Assembly: GCF_009914755.1 (NCBI RefSeq)
Contig: NC_060928.1
Length of the DNA stretch: 64,000 nucleotides
From: the human T2T-CHM13v2.0 reference genome, Homo sapiens
Direction: 5' to 3' (one strand)
The notes beneath the pieces were generated by a model. The model was not told the DNA's origin, did no database searches, and was given only the letters and a program-made list of their open reading frames with translations. This document shows positions 1-15,320 of the stretch, piece by piece. The position numbers and the translations under genes are program-made. Position 1 is the first letter of the stretch. Each line of letters opens with the position of its first letter.

Positions 1-900
1 TATACAGTATATAATATATATTATGTGTACTTTGATATATTATGTACAGTATATAATATATAGTATGGGTTGTTTGATATTTTATGTACAGTATATAATA
101 TATAGTTTGGGTAGTTTGATATTTTTAGTACAGTATGTAATATATAGTTTGTTTTATTTGATATTTTATGTACAGTATACAATATATAGTATTGGTACTT
201 TCATATTTCATGTAAAGTATATAGTTTGAGTACTTTGATATTTTATATGCAGTTTATTATAAATGTTTGGGTACCTTCATATTTTATGTACAGTATATAA
301 TACATACTTTGGGAACTTTTATTTTATGTGCAGTATATAATACATACTTTGGGTACTTTGATATTTCATGTACAGTATATAATACACACTTTGGGTACTT
401 TGATATTTTATGTACAGTATATAATACACACTTTGGGTAGTTTGATATTTTATGTACAGTATATAATACATACTTTGGGTACTTTGATGTATTATGTACA
501 GTATATAATACATACTTTGGGTACTTTGATATTTTATGTACAGTATATAATACATACTTTGGGTACTTTGATATTTTATGTACAGTATGTAATACATAAT
601 TTGGGTACTTTAATATTTTATGTATAGTATATAATACTTACTTTGGGTACTTTGATATTTTATGGACAGTGTATAATACATACTTTGGGTTCTTTGATAT
701 TTTATTTACAGTATATAACATATAGTTTGGGTACTTTGATATTTTATATATAGTATATAATACATACTTTGGGTACTTTGATATTTTATGTACAGTATAT
801 AATACATACTTTGGGTACTTTGATATTTCATGCACAGTATACAATATATAGTTTGAGTACTTTGATATTTTATGTACTGTATAAAATATATAGTTTTCGT

Positions 901-976
901 ACTTTGATATTTTATGTACAGTATATAGTTTGAGTACTTTGATATTTTATGTACAGTTTGTTATAAATGTTTGGGT
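901..976. repeat. Landmark junction (example): 35-bp deleted monomer plus 41-bp variant monomer; ~86 copies delimit the cassettes
   Basis: 901-935 is ACTTTGATATTTTATGTACAGTATATAGTTTGAGT (7 bp short). 936-976 ends ...CAGTTTGTTATAAATGTTTGGGT (1 bp short). Junctions recur at ~267, 971, 1593, 3055, 3677, 4425, 5088, 5543, 6249 ... 62926, 63631. Spacings are mostly n x 42 - 8 (e.g. 622, 748, 1000, 1462). Confidence 0.93.
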
Positions 977-2464
977 GCTTTCATATTTTATGTACAGTAT
1001 ATAATACATACTTTGGGCACTTTGATATCTTATGTACAGTATATAATACATACTTTGGGTTCTCTGATATTTTCTGTACAGTGTATAATACATAATTTGG
1101 GTACTTTGATATTTTATGTACAGCATATAATACATACGTTGGGTACTTTGATATATTATGTACAGTATATAATACATACTTTGGGTACTTTGATATTTTA
1201 TGTACAGTATATAATCCATAGTTTGTGTACTTTTATATTTTATGTACAGTATATAATACATACTTTGGGTACTTTGATATTTTATGTACAGTATATAATA
1301 CATACTTTGGGTACTTTCATGTTTTATGTACAGTATATAATATATAGTTTGGGTACTTTGATATTTTATCTACAGCTTATAATACTTACTTTGGGTAATT
1401 TGATATTTTATGTACAGTATATAATACATACTTTGGGTAGTTTGATATTTTATGTACAGTATACAATATATAGTTTGAGTACTTTGATATTTTATGTGCA
1501 GTATAAAATATATAGTGTTGGTATTTTGATGTTTTATGTACAGTATATATTTTGAGTACTTTGATATTTTGTGTACAGTTTATTATAAATGTTTGGGTAC
1601 TTTCATATTTGATGTACAGTATATAATACATAATTTGGGCACTTTGATATTTTATGTACAGTATATAATACATACTTTGGGTACTTTTATATTTTATGTA
1701 CAGTATATAATACATACTCTGGGCACTTTGATATTTAATGTACAGTATATAATACACACTTTGCGTACTTTGATATTTTATGTAACGTATGTAATACATA
1801 CTTTGGGTAGTTTGATATCTTATGTACAGTATGTAGTACACACTTTGGGTACTTTGATATTTTATGTACAGTATGTAAAACATACTTTGGGTAGTTTGAT
1901 ATTTTATGATCAGTATATAATACACATTTTGGGTACCTTGATATTTTATGTACAGTATATAATACATACTTTGGGTACTTTGATATTTTATGTACAGTAT
2001 ATAATGCATACTTTAGGTACTTTGATAGTTTTTGTACAGTATATAATACATACTTTGGGTACTTTAATATTTTATGTACAGTATATAATACATAGTTTGG
2101 GTACTTTGATATTTTATGTACAGTATATAATACATACTTTGGGTACTTTGATATTTTATCTACAGTGTATAATATATACTTTGGGTACTTTGATATATTA
2201 TGTACAGTATATAATACATACTTTGGGTACTTTGATATTTTATGTACAGTATATAATACATACTTTGGTTACTTTGATATTTTATGTACAGTATATAATA
2301 CATACTTTCGGTACTTTGATATTTTATGTACAGTATATAATATATAGTTTGGGTACTTTGATATTTTATGTACAGTATATAATACATACTTTGTGTACTT
2401 TGATATTTTATGTACAGTATATAATACATACTTTGGGTACTTTGATATTTTATGTACAGTATAT

Positions 2465-5400
2465 AATACATAATTTGGGGACTTTTATATTTTATGTACA
2501 TTATATTATACATACTTTGGGTACTTTTATATTTTATGTACGGTATATAATACACACTTTGGGTACTTTGATATATTATGTACAGTATATAATACATACT
2601 TTGGGTACTTTGATATATTATGTACAGTATATAATACATACTAAGGGTACTTTGACATTTTATGTACAGTACATAATACATACTTTGGGTACTTTGATAT
2701 TTTATGTACAGTATATAATGCATACTTTGGATACTTTGATATTTTATGTACAGTATATAATACATACTTTGGGTACTTTTATATTTTATGTACAGTATAT
2801 AATATATAGTTTGGGTACTTTGATATTTTATGTACGGTATATAATACATACTTTGGGTACTTTGATATTTTATGTACAGTATATAATACATACTTTGTGT
2901 ACTCTGATATTTTATGTACAGTATACAATATATAGTTTGAATACTTTGATATTTTATGTACTGTATAAAATATATAGTGTTCGTACTTTGATATTTTATG
3001 TACAATATATAGTTTGAGTACTTTGATATTTTATGTACAGTTTTTTATAAATGTTTGGGTGCTTTCATATTTTATGTACAGTATATAATACATACAAACG
3101 GCACTTTGATATTTTATGTACAGTATATAATACATACTTTGGGTACTCTGATATTTTATGTACAGTGTATAATACATACTTTGGGTACTTTGATATTTTA
3201 TGTACAATATATAATACATACGTTGGTAACTTTGATATATTATGTACAGTATATAATACATACTTTGGGTACTTTGATATTTTATCTAGAGTATACAACA
3301 CATAGTTTGTGTACTTTGATATTTTAGGTACAGTATATAATACATACTTTGGGTACTTTGATATTTTATGTACAGTATATAATACATACATTGGGTACTT
3401 TCATATTTTATGTACAGTATATAATATATAGTTTGGTTACTTTGATATTTTATCTACAGCTTATAATACATACTTTGGATACTTTGATACTTTATGTACA
3501 GTATATAATACATAATTTGGGTACTTTGTTATTTTATGTACAGTATACAATATATAGTTTGAGTACTTTGATATTTTATGTGCAGTATAAAATATATAGT
3601 TTTGGTACTTTCATATTTTATGTACAGTATATAGTTTGAGTACTTTGATATTTTATGTACAGTTTTTTATAAATGTTTGGGTGCTTTCATATTTTATGTA
3701 CAGTATATAATACATACTAAGGGCACTTTGATATTTTATGTACAGTATATAATACATACCTGGGGTACTTTGATATTTTATGTACAGTATATAATACATA
3801 GTTTGGGTATTTTGATATTTTATGTACAGTATATAATACATACTTTGGGTACTTTGATATTTTATGTACAGTATATAATACATACTTTGGGAACTTTGAT
3901 ATTTTATGTACAGTATGTAGAACATACTTTGGGTACTTTGATATTTTATGTACAGGATATAATGCATACTTTGGGTACTTTGATAGTTTATGTACAGTAT
4001 ATAATACATACTTTGGGTACTTTGATATTTTATGTATAGTATAAAATATATAGTTTGGGTACTTTGATATTTTATGTACAGTATGTAAAACATACTTTGG
4101 GGAGTTTGATATTTTATGTACAGTATGTAAAACATACTTTGGGGAGTTTGATATTTTATGAACAGTATATAATACACATTTTGTGTACTTTGATATTTTA
4201 TGTAAAGTATATAATACATACTTTGGGTACTTTGATATTTTATGTACAGTATATATTACATACTTTGGGTACTTTGATATTTTACGTACAGTATACAATA
4301 TATAGTTTGAGTACTTTGATATTTTATGTACTGTATAAAATATATAGTTTTGGTACTTTGATATTTTATGTACAGTATATAGTTTGAGTACTTTGATATT
4401 TTATGTACAGTTTGTTATAAATGTTTGGGTGCTTTCATATTTTATGTACTGTATATAATACATGCTTTGGGCACTTTGATATTTTATGTACAGTATATAA
4501 TACATACTTTGGGTACTCTGATATTTTATGTACAGTGTATAATACATACTTTGGGTACTTTGATATTTTATGTACAGTATATAATACATACATTGGGTAC
4601 TTTGATATATTATGTACAGTATATAATACTTACTTGGGGTACTTTGATATTTTATGTACAGTATATAATACATAGTTTGTGTACTTTGATATTTTATGTA
4701 CAGTATGTAGTACACACTTTGGGTACTTTGATATTTTATGTACAGTATATAATACATACTTTGGGTATCTTGATATTTTATGTACAGTATATAATGCATA
4801 CTTTGCGTCCTTTGATATTTTATGTACAGTATATAATGCATACTTTGGGTACTTTGATATTTCATGTACAGTATGTAATACATACCTTGGGTACTTTGAT
4901 ATTTTATGTATAGTATATAATACATACTTTGTGTAGTTTGATATTTTATGTACAGTATACAATATATAGTTTGAGTACTTTGTTATTTTATGTGCAGTAT
5001 AAAATATATAGTTTTCGTAATTGATATTTTATGTACACAATATAGTTTGAGTACTTTGATATTTTATGTACATTTTATTATAAATGTTTGGGTACTTTCA
5101 TATTTTATGTACAGTATATAATACATACTTTGGTCTCTTTGATGTTTTATGTACAGTATATAATACATACTTTGGGTTCTTTGATATTTTATGTACAGAA
5201 TATAATGCATAGTTTTAGGTACTTTTATATTTTATGTAAAGTATATAATACATATTTTGGGTACTTTGATATTTTATGTACAGTATATAATACATACTTT
5301 GGGAACTTTGATATTTTATGTACAGTATGTAATACATACTTTGGGTACTTTGATATTTTATGTACAGTATATAATACATACTATTGGTACTTTGATATTT

Positions 5401-8400
5401 TATGTACAGTATACAATATATAGTTTGAGGACTTTGATATTTTATGTCCAGTATAAAATATATAGATTTCATACTTTGATATTTTATGTACTGAATGTAG
5501 TTTGAGTACTTTGATATTTTATGTACACTTTAATATAAAAGTTTGGGTACTTTCATATTTTACGTACAGTATATAATACATACTTTGGGCACTTTGATGT
5601 TTTATGTACAGTATATAATACATACTTTGGGTTCTTTGATATTTTATGTACAGCATATAATACATAATTTGGGGACTTTTATATTTTATGTACATTATAT
5701 TATACATACTTTGGGTACTTTTATATTTTATGTACGGTATATAATACACACTTTGGGTACTTTGATATTTTATGTACAGTATATAATACATACTTTGGGT
5801 ACTTTGATATATTATGTACAGTATATAATACATACTAAGGGTACTTTGACATTTTATGTACAGTACATAATACATACTTTGGGTACTTTGATATTTTATG
5901 TACAGTATGTAATGCATACTTTGGATACTTTGATATTTTATGTACAGTATATAATACATACTTTGGGTACTTTTATATTTTATGTACAGTATATAATATA
6001 TAGTTTGGGTACTTTGATATTTTATGTACGGTATATAATACATACTTTGGGTACTTTGATATTTTATGTACAGTATATAATACATACTTTGGGTACTCTG
6101 ATATTTTATGTACCGTATACAATATATAGTTTGAGTACTTTGATATTTTATGTACTGTATAAAATATATAGTTTTCGTACTTTGATATTTTATGTACAGT
6201 ATATAGTTTGAGTACTTTGATATTTTATGTACAGTTTTTTATAAATGTTTGGGTGCTTTCATATTTTATGTACAGTATATAATACATACAAAGGGCACTT
6301 TGTTATTTTATGTACAGTATATAATACATACTTTGGGTACTCTGATATTTTATGTACAGTGTATAATACATACTTTGGGTACTTTGATATTTTATGTACA
6401 ATATATAATACATACGTTGGGAACTTTGATATATTATGTACAGTATATAATACATACTTTGGGTACTTTGATATTTTATCTACAGTATACAACACATAGT
6501 TTGTGTACTTTGATATTTTAGGTACAGTATATAATACATACTTTGGGTACTTTGATATTTTATGTACAGTATATAATACATACTTTGGGTACTTTCATAT
6601 TTTATGTACAGTATATAATACATAGTTTGGTTACTTTGATATTTTATCTACAGCTTATAATACATACTTTGGATACTTTGATACTTTATGTACAGTATAT
6701 AATACATAATTTGGGTACTTTGTTATTTTATGTACAGTATACAATATATAGTTTGAGTACTTTGATATTTTATGTGCAGTATAAAATATATAGTTTTGGT
6801 ACTTTCATATTTTATGTACAGTATATAGTTTGAGTACTTTGATATTTTATGTACAGTTTTTTATAAATGTTTGGGTGCTTTCATATTTTATGTACAGTAT
6901 ATAATACATACTAAGGGCACTTTGATATTTTATGTACAGTATATAATACATACCTTGGGTACTTTGATATTTTATGTACAGTATATAATACATAGTTGGG
7001 GTATTTTGATACTTTATGTACAGTATATAATACATACTTTGGGTACTTTGATATTTTATGTACAGTATATAATACATACTTTGGGAACTTTGATATTTTA
7101 TGTACAGTATGTAGAACATACTTTGGGTACTTTGATATTTTATGTACAGGATATAATGCATACTTTGGGTACTTTGATAGTTTATGTACAGTATATAATA
7201 CATACTTTGGGTACTTTGATATTTTATGTATAGTATAAAATATATAGTTTGGGTACTTTGATATTTTATGTACAGTATGTAAAACATACTTTGGGGAGTT
7301 TGATATTTTATGTACAGTATGTAAAACATACTTTGGGGAGTTTGATATTTTATGAACAGTATATAATACACATTTTGTGTACTTTGATATTTTATGTAAA
7401 GTATATAATACATACTTTGGGTACTTTGATATTTTATGTACAGTATATATTACATACTTTGGGTACTTTGATATTTTATGTACAGTATACAATATATAGT
7501 TTGAGTACTTTGATATTTTATGTACTGTATAAAATATATAGTTTTGGTACTTTGATATTTTATGTACAGTATATAGTTTGAGTACTTTGATATTTTATGT
7601 ACAGTTTGTTATAAATATTTTGGTGCTTTCATATTTTATGTACTGTATATAATACATGCTTTGGGCACTTTGATATTTTATGTACAGTATATAATACATA
7701 CTTTGGGTAATCTGATATTTTATGTACAGTGTATAATATATACTTTGGGTACTTTGATATTTTATGTACAGTATATAATACATACATTGGGTACTTTGAT
7801 ATATTATGTACAGTATATAATACTTACTTGGGGTACTTTGATATTTTATGTACAGTATATAATACATAGTTTGTGTACTTTGATATTTTATGTACAGTAT
7901 GTAGTACACACTTTGGGTACTTTGATATTTTATGTACAGTATATAATACATACTTTGGGTATCTTGACATTTTATGTACAGTATATAATGCATACTTTGC
8001 GTCCTTTGATATTTTATGTACAGTATATAATGCATACGTTGGGTACTTTGATATTTCATGTACAGTATGTAATACATACTTTGGGTACTTTGATATTTTA
8101 TGTATAGTATATAATACATACATTGTGTAGTTTGATATTTTATGTACAGTATACAATATATAGTTTGAGTACATTGTTATTTTATGTGCAGTATAAAATA
8201 TATAGTTTTCGTAATTGATATTTTATGTACAGAATATAGTTTGAGTACTTTGATATTTTATGTACACTTTATTATAAATGTTTGGGTACTTTCATATTTT
8301 ATGTACAGTATATAATACATACTTTGGTCTCTTTGATGTTTTATGTACAGTATATAATACATACTTTGGGTTCTTTGATATTTTATGTACAGAATATAAT

Positions 8401-8850
8401 GCATAGTTTTAGGTACTTTTATATTTTATGTACAGTATATAATACATACCTTGGGTACTTTGATATTTTATGTACAGTATATAATACATACTTTGGGAAC
8501 TTTGATATTTTATGTACAGTATGTAATACATACTTTGGGTACTTTGATATTTTATGTACAGTATATAATACATACTATTGGTACTTTGATATTTTATGTA
8601 CTGTATACAATATATAGTTTGAGTACTTTGATATTTTATGTCCAGTATAAAATACATAGATTTCATACTTTGATATTTTATGTACAGAATATACTTTGAG
8701 TACTTTGATATTTTATGTACACTTTATCATAAAAGTTTGGGTACTTTCATATTTTACGTACAGTATATAATACATACTTTGGGCACTTTGATGTTTTATG
8801 TACAGTATATAATACATACTTTGGGTTCTTTGATATGTTATGTACAGCAT
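2465..8850. repeat. Tandem duplication, period 3,194 bp (2 copies, moderately diverged)
   Basis: Junctions and ORFs pair at a constant offset: 3055/6249, 3677/6871, 4425/7619, 5088/8282, 5543/8737. The variant TAATTTGGGG is at 2471 and 5665. Confidence 0.88.
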
Positions 8851-11800
8851 GTAGTACATAATTTGGGGAGTTTTATATTTTATGTACATTATATAATACA
8901 TACTTTGGGTACTTTTATATTTTATGTACGGTATATAATACATACTTTGGGTACTTTGATATATTATGTACAGTATATAATACATACTTTGGGTACTTTG
9001 ATATATTATGTACAGTATATAATACATACTTAGGGTACTTTGACATTTTATGTACAGTACATAATACATACTTTGGGTACTTTGATATTTTATGTACAGT
9101 ATATAATACATACTTTGGGTACTTTGATATTTTATGTACAGTATATAATACATGTTTTGGGTACTTTTACATTTTATGTACAGTATATAATATATAGTTT
9201 GGGTACTTTGATATTTTATGTACGGTATATAATACATACTTTGGGTACTTTGATATTTTATGTACAGTATATAATACATACTTTGGGTACTTTGATAATT
9301 TATGTACAGTATATAATACATACTTTGGGTACTTTGATATTTAATGTACAGTATATAATACACACTTTGCGTACTTTGATATTTTATGTAAAGTATGTAA
9401 TACATACTTTGGGTACTTTGATATTTTATGTACAGTATGTAATACACGCTTTGGGTACTTTGATATTTTATGTAGAGTATGTAAAACATACTTTGGGTAG
9501 TTTGGTATTTTATGATCAGTATATAATACATATTTTGGGTACTTTGATATTTTATGTACAGTATATAATACATACTTTGGGTACTTTGATATTTTATGTA
9601 CAGTATATAATGCATAATTTGGGTACTTCAATAGTTTATGCACAGTATATAATACATACTTTGGGTAATTTGATATTTTATGTTCAGTATATAATGCATA
9701 CTTTGGGTACTTTGATAGTTTATGTGCAGTATACAATACATACTTTGGGTACTTTGATATTTTATGTACAGTATATAATATGTAGTTTGGGTACTTTGAT
9801 ATTTTAACTACAGTATATAATACATACTTTGGGTACTTTGATATTTTATCTACAGTATATAATAGATACTTTGGGTACTTTGATATATTATGTACAGTAT
9901 ATAATACATAGTTTGGTTACTTTGATATTTTTTGTACAGTATGTAAAACATACTTTGGGGAGTTTGATATTTTATGAACAGTATATAATACACATTTTGG
10001 GTACTTTGATATTTTATGTACGGTATATAATACATACTTTGGGTACTTTGATATTTTATGTACAGTATATAGTTCATACTTTGGGTACTTTGATATTTTA
10101 TGTACAGTATATAATACATACATTGGGTACTTCGATATTTTATGTGCAGTACCCTATATATAGTTTGGGTACTTTGATATTTTATGTCCAGTATAAAATA
10201 AATAGTTTTGGTACTTTGATATTTTATGTACAGTATATAGTTTGAGTACTTTGATATTTAATGTTCAGTTTATTATAAATGTTTGGGTGCTTTCATATTT
10301 TATATACAGTATATAATACATACTTTGGGCACTTTGATATTTTCTGTACAGTATATAATACATACTTTGGGTACTTTGATATTTTATGTATGGTATATAA
10401 TACATACATTGGGTACTTTGATATTTTATGTACAGTATATAATATATAGTTTGGTTACTTTGATATTTTATATACAGTATATAATATATATTATGTGTAC
10501 TTTGATATATTATGTACAGTATATAATATATAGTATGGGTTGTTTGATATTTTATGTACAGTATATAATATATAGTTTGGGTAGTTTGATATTTTTAGTA
10601 CAGTATGTAATATATAGTTTGTTTTATTTGGTATTTTATGTACAGTATACAATATATAGTATTGGTACTTTGATATTTCATGTAAAGTATATAGTTTGAG
10701 TACTTTGATATTTTATATGCAGTTTATTATAAATGTTTGGGTACCTTCATATTTTATGTACAGTATATAATACATACTTTGGGAACTTTTATTTTATGTG
10801 CAGTATATAATACATACTTTGGGTACTTTGATATTTCATGTACAGTATATAATACACACTTTGGGTACTTTGATATTTTATGTACAGTATATAATACACA
10901 CTTTGGGTAGTTTGATATTTTATGTACAGTATATAATACATACTTTGGGTACTTTGATGTATTATGTACAGTATATAATACATACTTTGGGTACTTTGAT
11001 ATTTTATGTACAGTATATAATACATACTTTGGGTACTTTGATATTTTATGTACAGTATGTAATACACACTTTGGGTACTTTGATATTTTATGTACAGTAT
11101 GTAAAACATACTTTGGGTAGTTTGATATATTATGTACAGTATATAATACATACTTTGTGTACTCTGATATTTTATGTACAGTGTATAATACATACTTTGG
11201 GTACTTTGATATTTTATGTACAGTATATAATACATACATTGGGTACTTTGATATATTATGTACAGTATATAATACTTACTTGGGGTATCTTGATATTTTA
11301 TGTACAGTATATAATGCATACTTTGGGTACTTTGATATTTTATGTACAGTATATAATGCATACTTTGAGTACTTTGATATTTTATGTACAGTATGTAATA
11401 CATACTTTGGGTACTTTGATATTTTATGTACAGTATATAATACATACTTTGGGTACTTTGATATTTTATGTACAGTATATAATATATAGTTTGGGTACTT
11501 TGATAATTTATGTACAGTGTATAACACATACTTTGGGTACTTTGATATTTTATGTACAGTATATAATACATACTTTGGGTACTTTGATATTTTATATACA
11601 GTATATAATACATACTTTGGGTACTTTCATATTTCATGTACAGTTTATAATATATAGTTTGGGTACTTTGGTATATTATGTACTGTATATAATACATACT
11701 TTGGGTACTTTGATATTTTATGTACAGTATATAATACATACTTTGGGTACTTTGATATTTTATGTACAGTATACAATATATACTTTGACTACTTTGATAT

Positions 11801-13319
11801 TTTATGTCCAGTATAGAATATATAGTTTTGGTAGTTTGATATTTTATGTACAGTATATAGTTTGAGTACATGGATATTTTATGTACACTTTATTATAAAT
11901 GTTTGGATACTTTCATATTTTATGTACAGTATTTAATACATACTTTGGGCACTTTGATATTTTATGTACAGTATACAATACATACTTTGGGTACTTTGAT
12001 ATTTTATTTACAGTATATAATACATAATTTGGGTACTTTGATATTTTATGTACAGTATATAATGCATACTTTGGGTACTTTGATGTTTTATGTACAGTAT
12101 ATAATACATACTTAGGGTACTTTGACATTTTATGTGCAGTACATAATACATACTTTGGATACTTTGTTATTTTAAATACAGTATGTAATACATATTTTGG
12201 GTACTTTGATATTTTATGTACAGTATATAATACATACTTTGGTACTTTTATATTTCATGTACAGTATATAATATATAGTTTGGGTACTTTGATATTTTAT
12301 GTACAGTATATAATACATAGTTTGGGTATTTTGATATTTTATGTACAGTATATAATACATACTTTGTGTACTTTGATATTTTATGTACAGTATATAATAT
12401 ATAGTTTGGGTACTTTGATAATTTATGTGCAGTATATAACACATACTTTCGGTAGTTGGATATTTTATGTACAGTATATAATACATACTTTGGGTACTTC
12501 GATATTTGATGTACAGTATACTATATATAGTTTGGGTACTTTGATATTTTATGTCGGGTACAAAATAAATAGTTTTGGTACTTAGATATTTTATGTACAG
12601 TATATAGTTTGAGTACTTTGATATTTTATGTACAGTTTATTATTAATGGGTGCTTTCATATTTTATGTACAGTATATAATACATACTATGGGCACTTTGA
12701 TATTTTATGTACAGTATATAATACATAATTTGGGTACTTTGATATTTTATATACACTACATAATACATACTTTGGGTACTTTGATATTTTATGTACAGTA
12801 CATAATATATAGTTTGGGTACTTTGATATTGTATGTGCAGTATATAACACATACTTTCGGTACTTGGATATTTTATGTACAGTATATAATACATAATTTG
12901 GGTACTTCCATATTTTATGTACAGTATGCTATATATACTTTGGGTACTTTGATATTTTATGTCCAGTATAAAATAAAAAGTTTTGGTAATTCGATATTTT
13001 ATGTACAGTGTATCGTTTGAGTACTTTGATATTTAATGTACAGTTTATTATAAATGTTCAGGTGCTTTCATATTTTATGTACAGTATATAATACATACTT
13101 TGAGCACTTTGATATTTTATGTACAGTATATAATACATACTTTGGTCTCTTTGATGTTTTATGTACAGTATATAATACATACTTTGGGTTCTTTGATATT
13201 TTATGTGCAGAATATAATGCATAGTTTTAGGTACTTTTATATTTTATGTACAGTATATAATACATACTTTGGGTACTTTGATATTTTATGTACAGTATAT
13301 AATACATACTTTGGGTACT

Positions 13320-15320
13320 TTGATATTTTATGTACAGTATATAATACATATTATTGGTACTTTGATATTTTATGTACAGTATACAATATATAGTTTGAGT
13401 ACTTTGATATTTTATGTCCAGTATAAAATACATAGATTTCATACTTTGATATTTTATGTACAGAATATAGTTTGAGTACTTTGATATTTTATGTACACTT
13501 TATCATAAAAGTTTGGGTACTTTCATATTTTACGTACAGTATATAATACATACTTTGGGCACTTTGATGTTTTATGTACAGTATATAATACATACTTTGG
13601 GTTCTTTGATATGTTATGTACAGCATATAGTACATAATTTGGGGACTTTTATATTTTATGTACATTATATAATACATACTTTGGGTACTTTTATATTTTA
13701 TGTACGGTATATAATACATACTTTGGGTACTTTGGTATATTATGTACAGTATATAATACATACTTTGGGTACTTTGATATATTATGTACAGTATATAATA
13801 CATACTTAGGGTACTTTGACATTTTATGTACAGTACATAATACATACTTTGGGTACTTTGATATTTTATGTACAGTATATAATACATACTTTGGGTACTT
13901 TGATATTTTATGTACAGTATATAATACATGTTTTGGGTACTTTTACATTTTATGTACAGTATATAATATATAGTTTGGGTACTTTGATATTTTATGTACG
14001 GTATATAATACATACTTTGGGTACTCTGATATTTTATGTACAGTATATAATACATACTTTGGGTACTTTGATAATTTATGTACAGTATATAATACATACT
14101 TTGGGTACTTTGATATTTAATGTACAGTATATAATACACACTTTGCGTACTTTGATATTTTATGTAAAGTATGTAATACATACTTTGGGTACTTTGATAT
14201 TTTATGTACAGTATGTAATACACGCTTTGGGTACTTTGATATTTTATGTAGAGTATGTAAAACATACTTTGGGTAGTTTGGTATTTTATGATCAGTATAT
14301 AATACATATTTTGGGTACTTTGATATTTTATGTACAGTATATAATACATATTATTGGTACTTTGATATTTTATGTACAGTATACAATATATAGTTTGAGT
14401 ACTTTGATATTTTATGTCCAGTATAAAATACATAGATTTCATACTTTGATATTTTATGTACAGAATATAGTTTGAGTACTTTGATATTTTATGTACACTT
14501 TATCATAAAAGTTTGGGTACTTTCATATTTTACGTACAGTATATAATACATACTTTGGGCACTTTGATGTTTTATGTACAGTATATAATACATACTTTGG
14601 GTCCTTTGATATGTTATGTACAGCATATAGTACATAATTTGGGGACTTTTATATTTTATGTACATTATATAATACATACTTTGGGTACTTTTATATTTTA
14701 TGTACGGTATATAATACATACTTTGGGTACTTTGATATATTATGTACAGTATATAATACATACTTTGGGTACTTTGATATATTATGTACAGTATATAATA
14801 CATACTTAGGGTACTTTGACATTTTATGTACAGTACATAATACATACTTTGGGTACTTTGATATTTTATGTACAGTATATAATACATACTTTGGGTACTT
14901 TGATATTTTATGTACAGTATATAATACATGTTTTGGGTACTTTTACATTTTATGTACAGTATATAATATATAGTTTGGGTACTTTGATATTTTATGTACG
15001 GTATATAATACATACTTTGGGTACTTTGATATTTTATGTACAGTATATAATACATACTTTGGGTACTTTGATATTTTATGTACAGTATATAATACATACT
15101 TTGGGTACTTTGATATTTAATGTACAGTATATAATACACACTTTGCGTACTTTGATATTTTATGTAAAGTATGTAATACATACTTTGGGTACTTTGATAT
15201 TTTATGTACAGTATGTAATACACGCTTTGGGTACTTTGATATTTTATGTAGAGTATGTAAAACATACTTTGGGTAGTTTGGTATTTTATGATCAGTATAT
15301 AATACATATTTTGGGTACTT
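13320..15320. repeat. Nested tandem duplication, period 1,000 bp (24 monomers minus 8)
   Basis: CATATTATTGG is at ~13347 and ~14347; junctions at 13513/14513; ORFs at 13816/14816. Confidence 0.9.

Noticed and set aside
1536-3017. Longest ORF (493 aa, hydrophobic) as a membrane or repeat protein
   Set aside because: It is long only because a T-for-G variant removes the junction TAG upstream and a deletion produced a long chimeric cassette. It is pure satellite sequence.
5534-5541. Perfect TATA box TATAAAAG (also ~45381, 48140, 51334, 53200) and many TATAAA motifs
   Set aside because: Expected by chance in 76% AT sequence and multiplied by duplication. No other promoter evidence.
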